Source: an uncultured Gammaproteobacteria bacterium
GTDB lineage: Bacteria > Patescibacteriota > Patescibacteriia > UBA9934
Direction: 5' to 3'
Length of the DNA: 64,000 nt
Assembly: GCA_964552565.1 (NCBI GenBank)
Contig: CAZKGL010000001.1
Span: 435,061-499,060, forward strand
Every line of letters begins with the position of its first letter. Position 1 is the stretch's first letter. Shown here piece after piece: positions 53,682 through 62,482 of this stretch. The notes under the pieces are model-generated. The model made no database searches and was not told the origin of the DNA. It worked only from the letters and a program-made list of their open reading frames with translations. The position numbers and the translations under genes were made by a program.

Positions 53682-53891
53682 TTAGTGGTTCTTGTTGTCG
53701 ATGCCGAACGCCGTATGGAGCCAGCACCACGCGGTGAAGCTCTCGATGAGCGCGATCCACGCGATGACGAACAGCGCCCAATTCACCGGTTCGCTGGCAT
53801 ATTCCGGGGCCCATGGACCGAGCCACCAAAACGCGAGCAGGAAACGGAGTACCCTATCGAGCTTGCCCAAATTTTGTTTGAGCATATGCAC
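53682..53891 (-). CDS. Small membrane protein, DUF2892 (YgaP-like) type
   Basis: MLKQNLGKLDRVLRFLLAF... resembles the conserved DUF2892 N-terminus (GxxDRxxRxxxG) followed by two TM helices. Confidence 0.5.
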   Translation of the reverse strand: MHMLKQNLGKLDRVLRFLLAFWWLGPWAPEYASEPVNWALFVIAWIALIESFTAWCWLHTAFGIDNKNH

Positions 53892-53936
53892 AATGCAAAG
53901 AATAAACTGATACTACTATAGCACCCCCGACTCGCC

Positions 53937-54090
53937 GCATCTACAAAAAATGTCCGGCCGGACAAAAAGTGTAGACGGGGGGCGTTACACTTTTTTCACG
54001 ATCGTCGATTTTGTGTAACGCTCCTGGTAACCAAAACCTCACGGCCGTAAAAAATTGATATCCATCACAAAACCGCCCTTGCGAGCGGTT
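53937..54090. repeat. 154-bp direct repeat, copy 1 (identical to 55542-55695)
   Basis: Perfect 154/154 identity; contains the palindrome TGTCCGGCCGGACA and a terminator-like hairpin AAAACCGCCC-TTGCGA-GCGGTT at its high-coordinate end. Confidence 0.9.
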
Positions 54091-54098
54091 CTGCGGGG

Positions 54099-54743
54099 CT
54101 ATTCAAGTCGCGCAGTCGTGATAAGCCCTTCAAGTGTAGCGAAGACGGCAGCCTCGTCGACCGCCTGGATACTGCCGGGATCCCAGTTGCCGATGTTGCC
54201 GGTCGCGACGATCGCCGCAAGCTCAACGCAATTCCCATCGTGCATTGCGTGGTACACCCGCCTTTCAAAACTCGTACCCGCAGCGGCTTCTCCAATAACC
54301 CCGTAATACCATGTAACGCCGCCGATCTCTTTCGTTTCCGTAAGCTCGACGGTGCCCGTGCCATAGCGAGCGAGGTTGCACGACAAAGCCGTATCGTTTT
54401 CGCTTATCCTACTAAATGATGAAAGATGCACCCAGGCGCCAAACAGGTTGGTGCCGTCATACGGCGCCTCATCAAGAAGGAACGTCGAGCGCACGGGGGG
54501 TGGGTTGCCGTTACTGCTCAGCATGTCGATGAGTGCGCTTCCCGTCTGATAGTCGGAAGCTTCGTCGGCAGCAACGGTAAATTCGTCTGGGTCGTATGCG
54601 AGCGTCAGGCCGAGCGTGCTATCGGAGAACGTCACGCTGCTTGCTTCCGAGGAGGAGGGGGCGGGACGTAAGGCTACGATCGCCAGAAAGACGGCCGCAC
54701 AGATCAATCCGCCCATGAGTATCGCGCGTGATGCCACGGTCAT
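54099..54743 (-). CDS. Hypothetical secreted/membrane-anchored protein (214 aa)
   Basis: N-terminal TM/signal segment (ILMGGLICAAVFLAIVAL); lies within the repeat-bracketed cassette. Confidence 0.5.
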   Translation of the reverse strand: MTVASRAILMGGLICAAVFLAIVALRPAPSSSEASSVTFSDSTLGLTLAYDPDEFTVAADEASDYQTGSALIDMLSSNGNPPPVRSTFLLDEAPYDGTNLFGAWVHLSSFSRISENDTALSCNLARYGTGTVELTETKEIGGVTWYYGVIGEAAAGTSFERRVYHAMHDGNCVELAAIVATGNIGNWDPGSIQAVDEAAVFATLEGLITTARLE

Positions 54744-54804
54744 AGATAGCCTTAAGAGTACCTTGAATAATTATTCCTGCACAGCCCGCTCGTCAAGGCA
54801 ATCA

Positions 54805-54828
54805 CAAAACCGCCCGGAGGCGGTTTTG
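54805..54828 (-). terminator. Intrinsic terminator inside the repeat-bracketed cassette, downstream of the 89-aa gene
   Basis: AAAACCGCCC-GGA-GGCGGTTTTG. Confidence 0.55.
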
Positions 54829-54848
54829 AGTGTGACACCTCTGTTTTT

Positions 54849-55118
54849 TTACTGCCAGAACCAAATCATGTACGAGCCGCGATACCCGTTCTGATACACG
54901 CAGTTCTCGGAACCAAGTTGGATGCCGAATGGCACTTTCCTTACCCCTGGCGCCCCGTCACCGCATGGGACCACACTTGCGTCGGCGGCGAGCTTCACCG
55001 CATCCTCTCCATGTCTCGTACGAATTTTTCGCATCGCTTCGTCGGTATCCATCCATGGCGCCCAGGCGCAAAGGCCGATGACGAGCACAACAACAGCGAT
55101 AACATGGGAATATTTCAT
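54849..55118 (-). CDS. Small secreted protein (89 aa)
   Basis: Signal peptide (VIAVVVLVIGLCAWAPW). Confidence 0.45.
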   Translation of the reverse strand: MKYSHVIAVVVLVIGLCAWAPWMDTDEAMRKIRTRHGEDAVKLAADASVVPCGDGAPGVRKVPFGIQLGSENCVYQNGYRGSYMIWFWQ

Positions 55119-55142
55119 ATTCGCGTTCTCCGAAGTAAAAGT

Positions 55143-55493
55143 CTAGCTTTGAAGCCCGGTCCTCCGTCTCGTAGCCGCCATCACGATCGCGGATATGACC
55201 GCGAAGAAGCCAGCGTCAAGCAGGAATGCGCTGCCCGAAAAGTCATCTTCTATACCAAGGCTTCCGATAACGCTCGTCCCTGCGCTGTCCTTTAAAAATG
55301 GCCTTGGAAATCCCGCTTGCGGCAAGTATTGATAGCACAGGCCATACGGGTTGCCTTCTGTCACGGGACAAAGATTGCCCGTCATGGCCTCATAGCGCGA
55401 GCGAAACACGTAACCAGACAATACGGCCAGCACGAGCCCGAACGAAAGTGCTAACAACACGAACCGTACGCGCCCCATCGTTTTTGCTTCCAT
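55143..55493 (-). CDS. Small membrane protein (116 aa)
   Basis: N-terminal TM (FVLLALSFGLVLAVLSGYVF) and C-terminal TM (FFAVISAIVMAAT). Confidence 0.45.
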   Translation of the reverse strand: MEAKTMGRVRFVLLALSFGLVLAVLSGYVFRSRYEAMTGNLCPVTEGNPYGLCYQYLPQAGFPRPFLKDSAGTSVIGSLGIEDDFSGSAFLLDAGFFAVISAIVMAATRRRTGLQS

Positions 55494-55541
55494 AGTCGAG
55501 TCACTATACCGCGTGCCAACAGCTTAGCAACCTCATCCTGA

Positions 55542-55695
55542 GCATCTACAAAAAATGTCCGGCCGGACAAAAAGTGTAGACGGGGGGCGTTACACTTTTT
55601 TCACGATCGTCGATTTTGTGTAACGCTCCTGGTAACCAAAACCTCACGGCCGTAAAAAATTGATATCCATCACAAAACCGCCCTTGCGAGCGGTT
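55542..55695. repeat. 154-bp direct repeat, copy 2 (identical to 53937-54090); immediately downstream of secA
   Basis: Perfect identity to copy 1; its terminal hairpin also serves as the secA terminator (followed by TTTTG). Confidence 0.9.
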
Positions 55696-55704
55696 TTGTG
55701 CGCG

Positions 55705-58464
55705 CTAGGCGCCGTGGCATTTCTTGTACTTTTTCCCGGACCCACACGGGCAGGGGTCGTTGCGGCCGACATTATCGAACTTCTTTTCATCCGATGATGG
55801 CGTGGTTTGTGTGACGACCGTTGTCGCGGTCGATGCGTTCTTGGCTGCGCCGCTCATTTGCATGCCCTTGATGACCTGCGGCGCCAAGTCGATCAGCTTC
55901 TTCGTCGCGACCGCCTGGTCGAGGAGCTTAAAGAGGTTGTAGGCGACCTCGTGCTGTACCTCGTCCTGCATCGCGTTATACAAACGGAACGACTCATGCT
56001 TGTACTCGACAAGCGGGTCGCGCTGGGCGTAACCGCGCAGGCCGATGGTGTGGCGCAGGTACGTCATCTCGTCCAAATGACGCATCCAATGGCTGTCCAT
56101 GGCGCGCAAAAGGACGGTGCGTGCGATACGTTGTACCTGTTCCTGGCCGCCGAAGGTTTCCACCGTCGCATCGTACTTCGCATTCAAGTATCCCATCATC
56201 CGTTCGATGACCGCGCTGCGCTGCGCTGCCAACTTCTCCTTGTCGCGCGACAGCGACGGCAGGTCGGTACGGATGGCGGCCTTCGTTGCATCATCAAGCG
56301 GCACAATAGTGTGCAGCGTCTCGATAATTTCCTTCGGGTCCCAATCGCCCGCCTGTTTCTTGTCCGTAAAGTCGTCCGGGATGTCGGTATCGACGCCGGT
56401 GTGGAAAAGGACCACGCGCTCAAGCTCGCGCTCTACCATGCCCATGACTTCGGTGTGCGCAAACGCCAAATCGCCCTGCAAGAGCCGTCGGCGGCGTTCA
56501 TAGGTCGCAAGACGGTGCTTGTTGAGCACATCGTCATACTCAAGGACGTGCTTGCGGGTGTCGTAGTTGTGCCCTTCCACGCGCTGCTGCGCCTTCTCGA
56601 GCGCACTCGTGATCATCTTGCTTTCGATCGGGGTCGTGTCGTCAAAGCCGAGCTTGTCCATCATCCCCTTCACGCGGTTGCTGCCGAAAATGCGCATGAG
56701 GTCGTCGTCGAGCGACACGAAGAACTGCGTCGTGCCCGGGTCGCCCTGGCGCCCAGCGCGGCCGCGCAGCTGGTTATCGATGCGACGCGACTCATGGCGC
56801 TCCGTACCAATCACGCACAGGCCGCCAAGCGCGCGGATCTCCTCTGCCTCGTTCGCGTCCGGCGGGTTGCCGCCGAGGATGATGTCCACGCCGCGGCCGG
56901 CCATGTTCGTCGCGACGGTCACCGCACCCTTGCGGCCGGCCTGCGCGATAATCTCCGCTTCACGTTCGTGGTGCTTCGCGTTCAGGAGTTCGTGGCGGAC
57001 GCCGGCCATGCGCAACAGTTCGCTCAAGCGCTCGTTCTTGTCGACAGAAATGGTACCGATAAGCACCGGCTGCCCCTTTTCCTGAAGCGCCTTCACCTCT
57101 TTGACGATGGCGAGGAACTTGCCGTTCTCCGTCTTGTAGATGCGGTCCGGCAGGTCGACGCGCGCGTTCGTCTTGTTGGTCGGGATCTGCACGACCTCGA
57201 GGTTGTACGTCTTTGCAAACTCCTCAGCCTCGGTCGCCGCGGTACCGGTCATGCCGGCGAGCTTCGTGTAGAGGCGGAAGTAATTTTGGTAGGTAATCGT
57301 CGCGAGCGTGCGGCTTTCGCGCTGGATTTTGACGCCCTCCTTCGCCTCGATCGCCTGGTGCAAGCCTTCGCTGTAGCGGCGGCCTTCCATGACGCGGCCC
57401 GTGAACTCGTCGACGATCATCACCTCGCCGTCGCGGACGATGTAGTCGCGGTCGCGCAAAAACAGCGCATGCGCTTTCAGCGCCTGCTCGGCGTGGTGGA
57501 CCATCTCAAGGCCGCCCTGCTCGTACAAGTTGTCGATGCCAAGCGCCTTCTCTACCTTCTGCAACCCGGTCTCGGTGAAGGTCGACGAGCGCATCTTTTC
57601 GTCGATGTTGTAGTCCTCGCCCTCCTTCAGGCCGCGGACGATGTCGGCAAACCGGTAGTACGTGTCCGCGGACTCCGCAGCCGGCGCACTGATGATGAGC
57701 GGCGTGCGCGCCTCGTCAATAAGGATGGAGTCGACCTCGTCGACGATGGCGTAGTGCAGTTCGCGCTGCACCATGTGCGCCGCGTCCTGCGCCATGTTGT
57801 CGCGCAAATAATCAAACCCGTACTCGTTGTTCGTGCCGTAGGTAATGTCGCAGGCGTAGGCATCCTTGCGGCTGCCCGGACGGAGATAGTCCATCTGCAC
57901 GCGGAACGAGCTCGTTGACGCCTTCGCTTCGCCTTCTTCCGCCGTCTCCGGCACCGGCGCCTTGTACGCCGCATCAAAGACATAGCCGCTCTCGTGCTGG
58001 ATGCAGCCGACCGTCAGGCCTAAAAACCCGAACACGCGGCCCATCCAGACGGCGTCGCGCTTGGCGAGGTAGTCGTTGACCGTGACGACGTGGACGCCTT
58101 TGCCGGCGAGGGCGTTGAGGTACGTCGGCGCCACGGCGGTGAGCGTCTTCCCTTCACCGGTACGCATTTCCGAAATCTGCCCGCGATGGAGTGCGAGGCC
58201 GCCCATGAGCTGGACGTCGTACTGGCGCTGGCCGAGCGCGCGCTTGGACGCTTCCCGGACCACGGCAAACGCCTCGAACGCCAGGTCGTCGATAGCCGCG
58301 CCGTCCGCGAGGCGCTGCATGAATTCTGCGGTCTTCGCCTTCAGTTGGTCGTCCGTCAACGCCGCGATGGCGGGTTCAAACGCATTGATGGCGTCGACGT
58401 CGGCACGCAGCTGTTTGAGGACCTTTTCGTTGGGATCGCCGAAGATTTTGGAGAGGAAGGACAT
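55705..58464 (-). CDS. secA: Preprotein translocase ATPase SecA
   Basis: DEAD-like motor motifs, preprotein-binding domain, C-terminal zinc-binding tail CPCGSGKKYKKCHG; probable start MSFLSKIFGDPNEK at 58462-58464. Confidence 0.9.
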   Translation of the reverse strand: MSFLSKIFGDPNEKVLKQLRADVDAINAFEPAIAALTDDQLKAKTAEFMQRLADGAAIDDLAFEAFAVVREASKRALGQRQYDVQLMGGLALHRGQISEMRTGEGKTLTAVAPTYLNALAGKGVHVVTVNDYLAKRDAVWMGRVFGFLGLTVGCIQHESGYVFDAAYKAPVPETAEEGEAKASTSSFRVQMDYLRPGSRKDAYACDITYGTNNEYGFDYLRDNMAQDAAHMVQRELHYAIVDEVDSILIDEARTPLIISAPAAESADTYYRFADIVRGLKEGEDYNIDEKMRSSTFTETGLQKVEKALGIDNLYEQGGLEMVHHAEQALKAHALFLRDRDYIVRDGEVMIVDEFTGRVMEGRRYSEGLHQAIEAKEGVKIQRESRTLATITYQNYFRLYTKLAGMTGTAATEAEEFAKTYNLEVVQIPTNKTNARVDLPDRIYKTENGKFLAIVKEVKALQEKGQPVLIGTISVDKNERLSELLRMAGVRHELLNAKHHEREAEIIAQAGRKGAVTVATNMAGRGVDIILGGNPPDANEAEEIRALGGLCVIGTERHESRRIDNQLRGRAGRQGDPGTTQFFVSLDDDLMRIFGSNRVKGMMDKLGFDDTTPIESKMITSALEKAQQRVEGHNYDTRKHVLEYDDVLNKHRLATYERRRRLLQGDLAFAHTEVMGMVERELERVVLFHTGVDTDIPDDFTDKKQAGDWDPKEIIETLHTIVPLDDATKAAIRTDLPSLSRDKEKLAAQRSAVIERMMGYLNAKYDATVETFGGQEQVQRIARTVLLRAMDSHWMRHLDEMTYLRHTIGLRGYAQRDPLVEYKHESFRLYNAMQDEVQHEVAYNLFKLLDQAVATKKLIDLAPQVIKGMQMSGAAKNASTATTVVTQTTPSSDEKKFDNVGRNDPCPCGSGKKYKKCHGA

Positions 58465-58538
58465 AGCGTCGATTACCGCAGAAGTTTGCCCCAAAAATGG
58501 GGGTTAGGCAAGCACCAGCCGATAGAATCGACTGTTTC

Positions 58539-58578
58539 GCCCCCGAACCACCCCTTGCCCCTCCTTGGGAAGGAGGGG
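58539..58578. repeat. Partial copy of the family-1 GC-rich hairpin element (intergenic, murC/secA)
   Basis: GCCCCCGAACCACCCCTTGCCCCTCCTTGGGAAGGAGGGG: shares the 5' CCCCCGAACC and a first hairpin of the CCCC(C)TCC...GGAGGGG type with 36552 and 40752. Confidence 0.4.
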
Positions 58579-58583
58579 AAATG

Positions 58584-59975
58584 CTATTGCACCAGACGCC
58601 GCGCCACCTCGTCGATATCGCCGGCGCCCATGACGATGACGACGTCGCCGTCACGCAGATGCGCACGGAGCTTCGCCTCGGTTGCGTCGAGGTCCTGGGC
58701 GTACTCCATCGGACGCACCGCTCCGCTCCCCGCAGGAATCCGCTGCTGGATGGCGTTCAGGAGATCCATACTCGAGATCGCATCCGCCTCGTCCGTCCGG
58801 CCTTGCACACCGTAAATTTCCGTGAGGATAAGGACATCAGCGTCGTCGAACGCCGTGACGAACTCGTCGAAGAGTTCTTTCGTGCGGTTGTGCTGATGCG
58901 GCTGGAAGGCGAGCACGATGCGCCGACCAGGGAAAAACTCTTTCGCCGCGGCGAGCGTGCCGGTAATGGCAGTCGGATGGTGGCCGTAATCGGAGATGAC
59001 ATCGGCGCCGTTGCACGTGCCGACGCGCTCAAAGCGGCGCCAGATGCCGGTGAAGTTCATCAGCGTCTGGAGGGCGATGTGCGCACCAATCCCGTATTCC
59101 GACGCGATCGCGAGCGCGGCGAGCGCGTTCATCATGTTGAATGCGCCGGGAATCTGCAGCATGAGGTCGCCGATGATCGCGCGCCGGCGCAAGAATCCGC
59201 GCGACCGGTACAGGCGCAACAACTGATAGCCGCCTTCGAAACGGCGCGGCTCGGCGTCCATGGCGTCACCGAAGAACTTCAGCGTCGCCGTGCCGTCGCC
59301 GCGATAGATGCGCCGCGCGCGGTCGGCGGCATTGTGGAAAAATGTCTTTGTCGTCTGCATGCCGAGCTGGCGGAACATCGCTTCCATGTCCGCAAGGTCC
59401 TTGTACACGTCCGTGTGGTCCAGCTCGACGTTCGTGACGAGCGTCGTCTCCGGGTGCAGCGCGAGCACTTTCCGCTTGTACTCGTCGCCCTCGACGATAA
59501 GGATGTCGCTTGCGCCGATGCGCAGGTTCCCCAGCTCCCAGCCGGGAACGAGGCTGCCGACGAAGACCGTCGGGTCCATGCCGGCGTCTTCAAAAATCTT
59601 TCCGGTCATCGCCGTCGTCGTGGATTTCCCGTTCGTCCCCGTCACGCAAATCGTACGCATCGTCTTTGCAAGCTCCCCAAGGAATCCGAAGTGCCCGAGC
59701 TGGCGGATGCCGCGCCGCGCGGCCTCCGCGCGCTCGACGTTGTCCTCCCCCGCCGCCTCGGTGTACACGACAAGATCGCACGATGCGGGGATGTTCGCCG
59801 CGTCGTGGCCGATGGTGATCGTCGCGCCCCGCGCGGCGAGGTCGTCGGTCATCGCGGACCGGACCGTGTCGGAGCCGCTCACCGCAACGCCGCGCGAAAG
59901 CAAAAATTTCGCGACCGCGCTCACGCCGATCCCTCCCGCGCCGATGCAGTGCGCATGCTTCACCTCGTCCTGCAT
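58584..59975 (-). CDS. murC: UDP-N-acetylmuramate--L-alanine ligase
   Basis: Mur ligase motifs (GIGGIGVSAVA, TGTNGKSTT) and a C-terminal domain; 463 aa. Confidence 0.9.
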   Translation of the reverse strand: MQDEVKHAHCIGAGGIGVSAVAKFLLSRGVAVSGSDTVRSAMTDDLAARGATITIGHDAANIPASCDLVVYTEAAGEDNVERAEAARRGIRQLGHFGFLGELAKTMRTICVTGTNGKSTTTAMTGKIFEDAGMDPTVFVGSLVPGWELGNLRIGASDILIVEGDEYKRKVLALHPETTLVTNVELDHTDVYKDLADMEAMFRQLGMQTTKTFFHNAADRARRIYRGDGTATLKFFGDAMDAEPRRFEGGYQLLRLYRSRGFLRRRAIIGDLMLQIPGAFNMMNALAALAIASEYGIGAHIALQTLMNFTGIWRRFERVGTCNGADVISDYGHHPTAITGTLAAAKEFFPGRRIVLAFQPHQHNRTKELFDEFVTAFDDADVLILTEIYGVQGRTDEADAISSMDLLNAIQQRIPAGSGAVRPMEYAQDLDATEAKLRAHLRDGDVVIVMGAGDIDEVARRLVQ

Positions 59976-59976
59976 A

Positions 59977-60303
59977 CTAGTCGTTTGCGGGACGCTCCGT
60001 CATGCGCTCCTTGCGTTCGATAAGCTGGCGCTTGAGGTCGTCCTTCGCGACATCGATCGCCGCGTACAGGTCCTCCTCGACCGACTCGGCGCGGAGCGTC
60101 GTGCCCGGGATGCTCATGGTAAATTCCGCCCGGAAAATCTTCCCCTTATTGTGGTGCTCGCTCGTCTTGCCGACGTCCGCAGACACGTCGCATGGGTTGT
60201 AACGCTCGCAAAACTTCTCAAGCGACTGGAGCTTCTGCTCGACGTACGCACGGATCGCCTCCGTGACCTCCATGTTCGTACCGATGATTTCCGTGATGCG
60301 CAT
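59977..60303 (-). CDS. hpf: Ribosome hibernation promoting factor (HPF/RaiA, short form)
   Basis: Sigma-54 modulation protein fold signature (MRITEIIGTNMEVTEAIRAYVEQKL...); ATG at 60301-60303; 1 nt before the murC start. Confidence 0.8.
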   Translation of the reverse strand: MRITEIIGTNMEVTEAIRAYVEQKLQSLEKFCERYNPCDVSADVGKTSEHHNKGKIFRAEFTMSIPGTTLRAESVEEDLYAAIDVAKDDLKRQLIERKERMTERPAND

Positions 60304-60324
60304 AGAGTTGCATTTTACCATGAG

Positions 60325-61461
60325 TTATTTTGCCGCCTGTTCGGCTGACGCGGCCTCGGTCTTTGGCACGGTAAAGAGCATCTGGAAATAGGACAACATC
60401 CTTTCGCTGTGCGGCGCAAGGGGCACGTCAAGCAGCCGCAGCCGTTCCGTCATGCCTAGCTCCGCCGCGACCGCATTGACGAACCGCGTGTAGTTCACCG
60501 CGAACAGCGCGTCAAAAATCTCGTCGTCCGTCAGCGGCGTGCGCTCAAGCATCGCGCGGACCGCAGCCTTGCCCTTGGCAAATATGCCGCCGGAGATGCG
60601 GCCGTCGACCATGAGGACGCGCCAGCGGTCGTTTTCTTTGAATGCCCGGACATTGTTCGTGCCGATAAAATCGACCAGCCCTCCGGTTTCTTGACTGAAC
60701 GCCATTGCAGACCGAAGGAATGCGACGAGTTCCTTTCGGAGCTCGGGGTCATTTTTCGCCGTCTCGACAAACTCCTCGACGCCGGCGTCGCGCGCCATCA
60801 TCGGCACGCCGACATACGAATCCGGGTTCGGGGCGCAGTCGAGGTACGACGCATTCATGTCGGCGTAATCTTGGCCGTCGATTGCGGTGACGCCGGTCGC
60901 CTTTTCGACATACTTCATCTGGATGCCGTGCGACCCGGGTCCGAACGCCGCATCGGGAGCGCGTTCCTGGAGCGTGACGATCGTCGGGAATTCGTGGGTG
61001 CCGCGCGTCAGCCTGGGAAGCACCGCGTCCTGCCCCGCCAGCGTCTGGAGCGTCTCGTCCGTGACGGGGATGTCCATGATACGGATGCGCTCGTGCAGCA
61101 TGTACGGCGCAAAGTATTGTTTTGCCGTCCGTACGCTGCCCTGTTCCTTGCGCAGTTCGCGCGCGAGCAGCAGCCGCTGCCGGCGCGCGACTTCTTCCTT
61201 GGGCGTCCCGGGCGGCGCCTTCGTACGTTCATTCAGTGACCGGAGCAAGTGGATGCGGTGCACTTTCGCGACGATGCCCCGCGGCACGCCCTCTTGGTTT
61301 TCGAGCGTGAATACGGCATGCATGCCGCCCTCGCCGAGGAGTTCCGGCTTTGCGGCGATGATGAGCGGATGACGGTACATTTCACTCAGCGCCTCCGCAG
61401 CGAGCGCCTTCCGTTCTTCGTTTGCCGCGCCGGTCCTGAACCGGCCCGCTTCCGTGTTCAT
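60325..61461 (-). CDS. Hypothetical protein (378 aa)
   Basis: ATG at 61459-61461 overlapping the murB stop (ATGA); no confident family. Confidence 0.5.
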   Translation of the reverse strand: MNTEAGRFRTGAANEERKALAAEALSEMYRHPLIIAAKPELLGEGGMHAVFTLENQEGVPRGIVAKVHRIHLLRSLNERTKAPPGTPKEEVARRQRLLLARELRKEQGSVRTAKQYFAPYMLHERIRIMDIPVTDETLQTLAGQDAVLPRLTRGTHEFPTIVTLQERAPDAAFGPGSHGIQMKYVEKATGVTAIDGQDYADMNASYLDCAPNPDSYVGVPMMARDAGVEEFVETAKNDPELRKELVAFLRSAMAFSQETGGLVDFIGTNNVRAFKENDRWRVLMVDGRISGGIFAKGKAAVRAMLERTPLTDDEIFDALFAVNYTRFVNAVAAELGMTERLRLLDVPLAPHSERMLSYFQMLFTVPKTEAASAEQAAK

Positions 61462-62450
61462 AGCGAGAAGCCAAGATACTGCACCTCTTCGTGGAGTTGG
61501 ATGCCGGCCTCGTTGCGGACGCGGGTTTTGATGAGCGCGATGAGCTGCACGATCTCGTCCGCAGTCGCGTTTCCTTTGTTGACGAGGAAGTTGCCGTGCG
61601 TTTCCGACACCATCGCGTCGCCGACGCGCGTGCCCTTCAGCCCGAGCTGGTCGATGATCCACCCGGACGCGATACGTTTGCGTGCGAGCATTTCTGGCGG
61701 CACGGGATAGCGCGCGGCAAGTTTCGCGATTTCCGACTCGTCCGTGTACTCCACGTTCTTGAACATGCAGCCTGCGCTCGACGACCCAAGCGGCTGGCTT
61801 GCCTTGCGGCCGGCGAGGTTCTTTTCGAGCTGTGCCATCGCCTCCGCGGCGTCGCCCTTCTTCAGCGCGAGCGTCGCGTCAAGGACAACGTCGGCGTTGC
61901 CCGGCTCTTTGAACATGCTGTGGCGGTATGCGAACCCGAGTTCATTCTTGTGGAGCGTCTTCAGCTCGCCGTCGTGGAGCACGCGTACCGACTCGACCGC
62001 GTCTTTCATCTCGCCGCCGAAGCAGCCCGCGTTGCCGCGCACGCCGCCGCCGATCGTCCCCGGGAGCGAGATGGCCCACTCGAACCCGCGCAGCCCGGCC
62101 TGCGCCGTGGCGCGAGCGACCGCCGCAGCAATGACGCCGGCCTCGGCGATGACGCGCGTCCCGTCGATTTTCATGCCGCGGTTCGCCGCCTTCACGAGAA
62201 GCCCGTCGAAGCCTTTGTCCGACGCAAGCGTGTTGCTGCCGCCGCCGAGGACGAAAAACGGGACGCCGGCGTCCTTCGCCATGCGTACGGCGTCGATGAT
62301 GTCTTGGCTTGACTGCGCCTCGACGAAATAGCGCGCCGGTCCGCCGATGCGGAAGTTGAGATGCTTCGCCAGCGGTTCGTCCTGCTTCGCCCTCGCCCCG
62401 AACCGTTCCGCCAACATGGCCGCAAAATCCATACGAAGGAAGTCTAGCAT
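61458..62450 (-). CDS. murB: UDP-N-acetylenolpyruvoylglucosamine reductase
   Basis: FAD-binding domain (NFRIGGPARYFVEA...FFVLGGGSNTL) and a MurB C-terminal domain; ATG at 62448-62450. Confidence 0.85.
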   Translation of the reverse strand: MLDFLRMDFAAMLAERFGARAKQDEPLAKHLNFRIGGPARYFVEAQSSQDIIDAVRMAKDAGVPFFVLGGGSNTLASDKGFDGLLVKAANRGMKIDGTRVIAEAGVIAAAVARATAQAGLRGFEWAISLPGTIGGGVRGNAGCFGGEMKDAVESVRVLHDGELKTLHKNELGFAYRHSMFKEPGNADVVLDATLALKKGDAAEAMAQLEKNLAGRKASQPLGSSSAGCMFKNVEYTDESEIAKLAARYPVPPEMLARKRIASGWIIDQLGLKGTRVGDAMVSETHGNFLVNKGNATADEIVQLIALIKTRVRNEAGIQLHEEVQYLGFSL

Positions 62451-62482
62451 TTCAGCGAAAAATCGGCTACCATGCTGGCAGT

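Noticed and set aside
55807-60023. + strand ORFs 55807-57918 (703 aa) and 58497-60023 (508 aa)
   Set aside because: Antisense to secA and murC.
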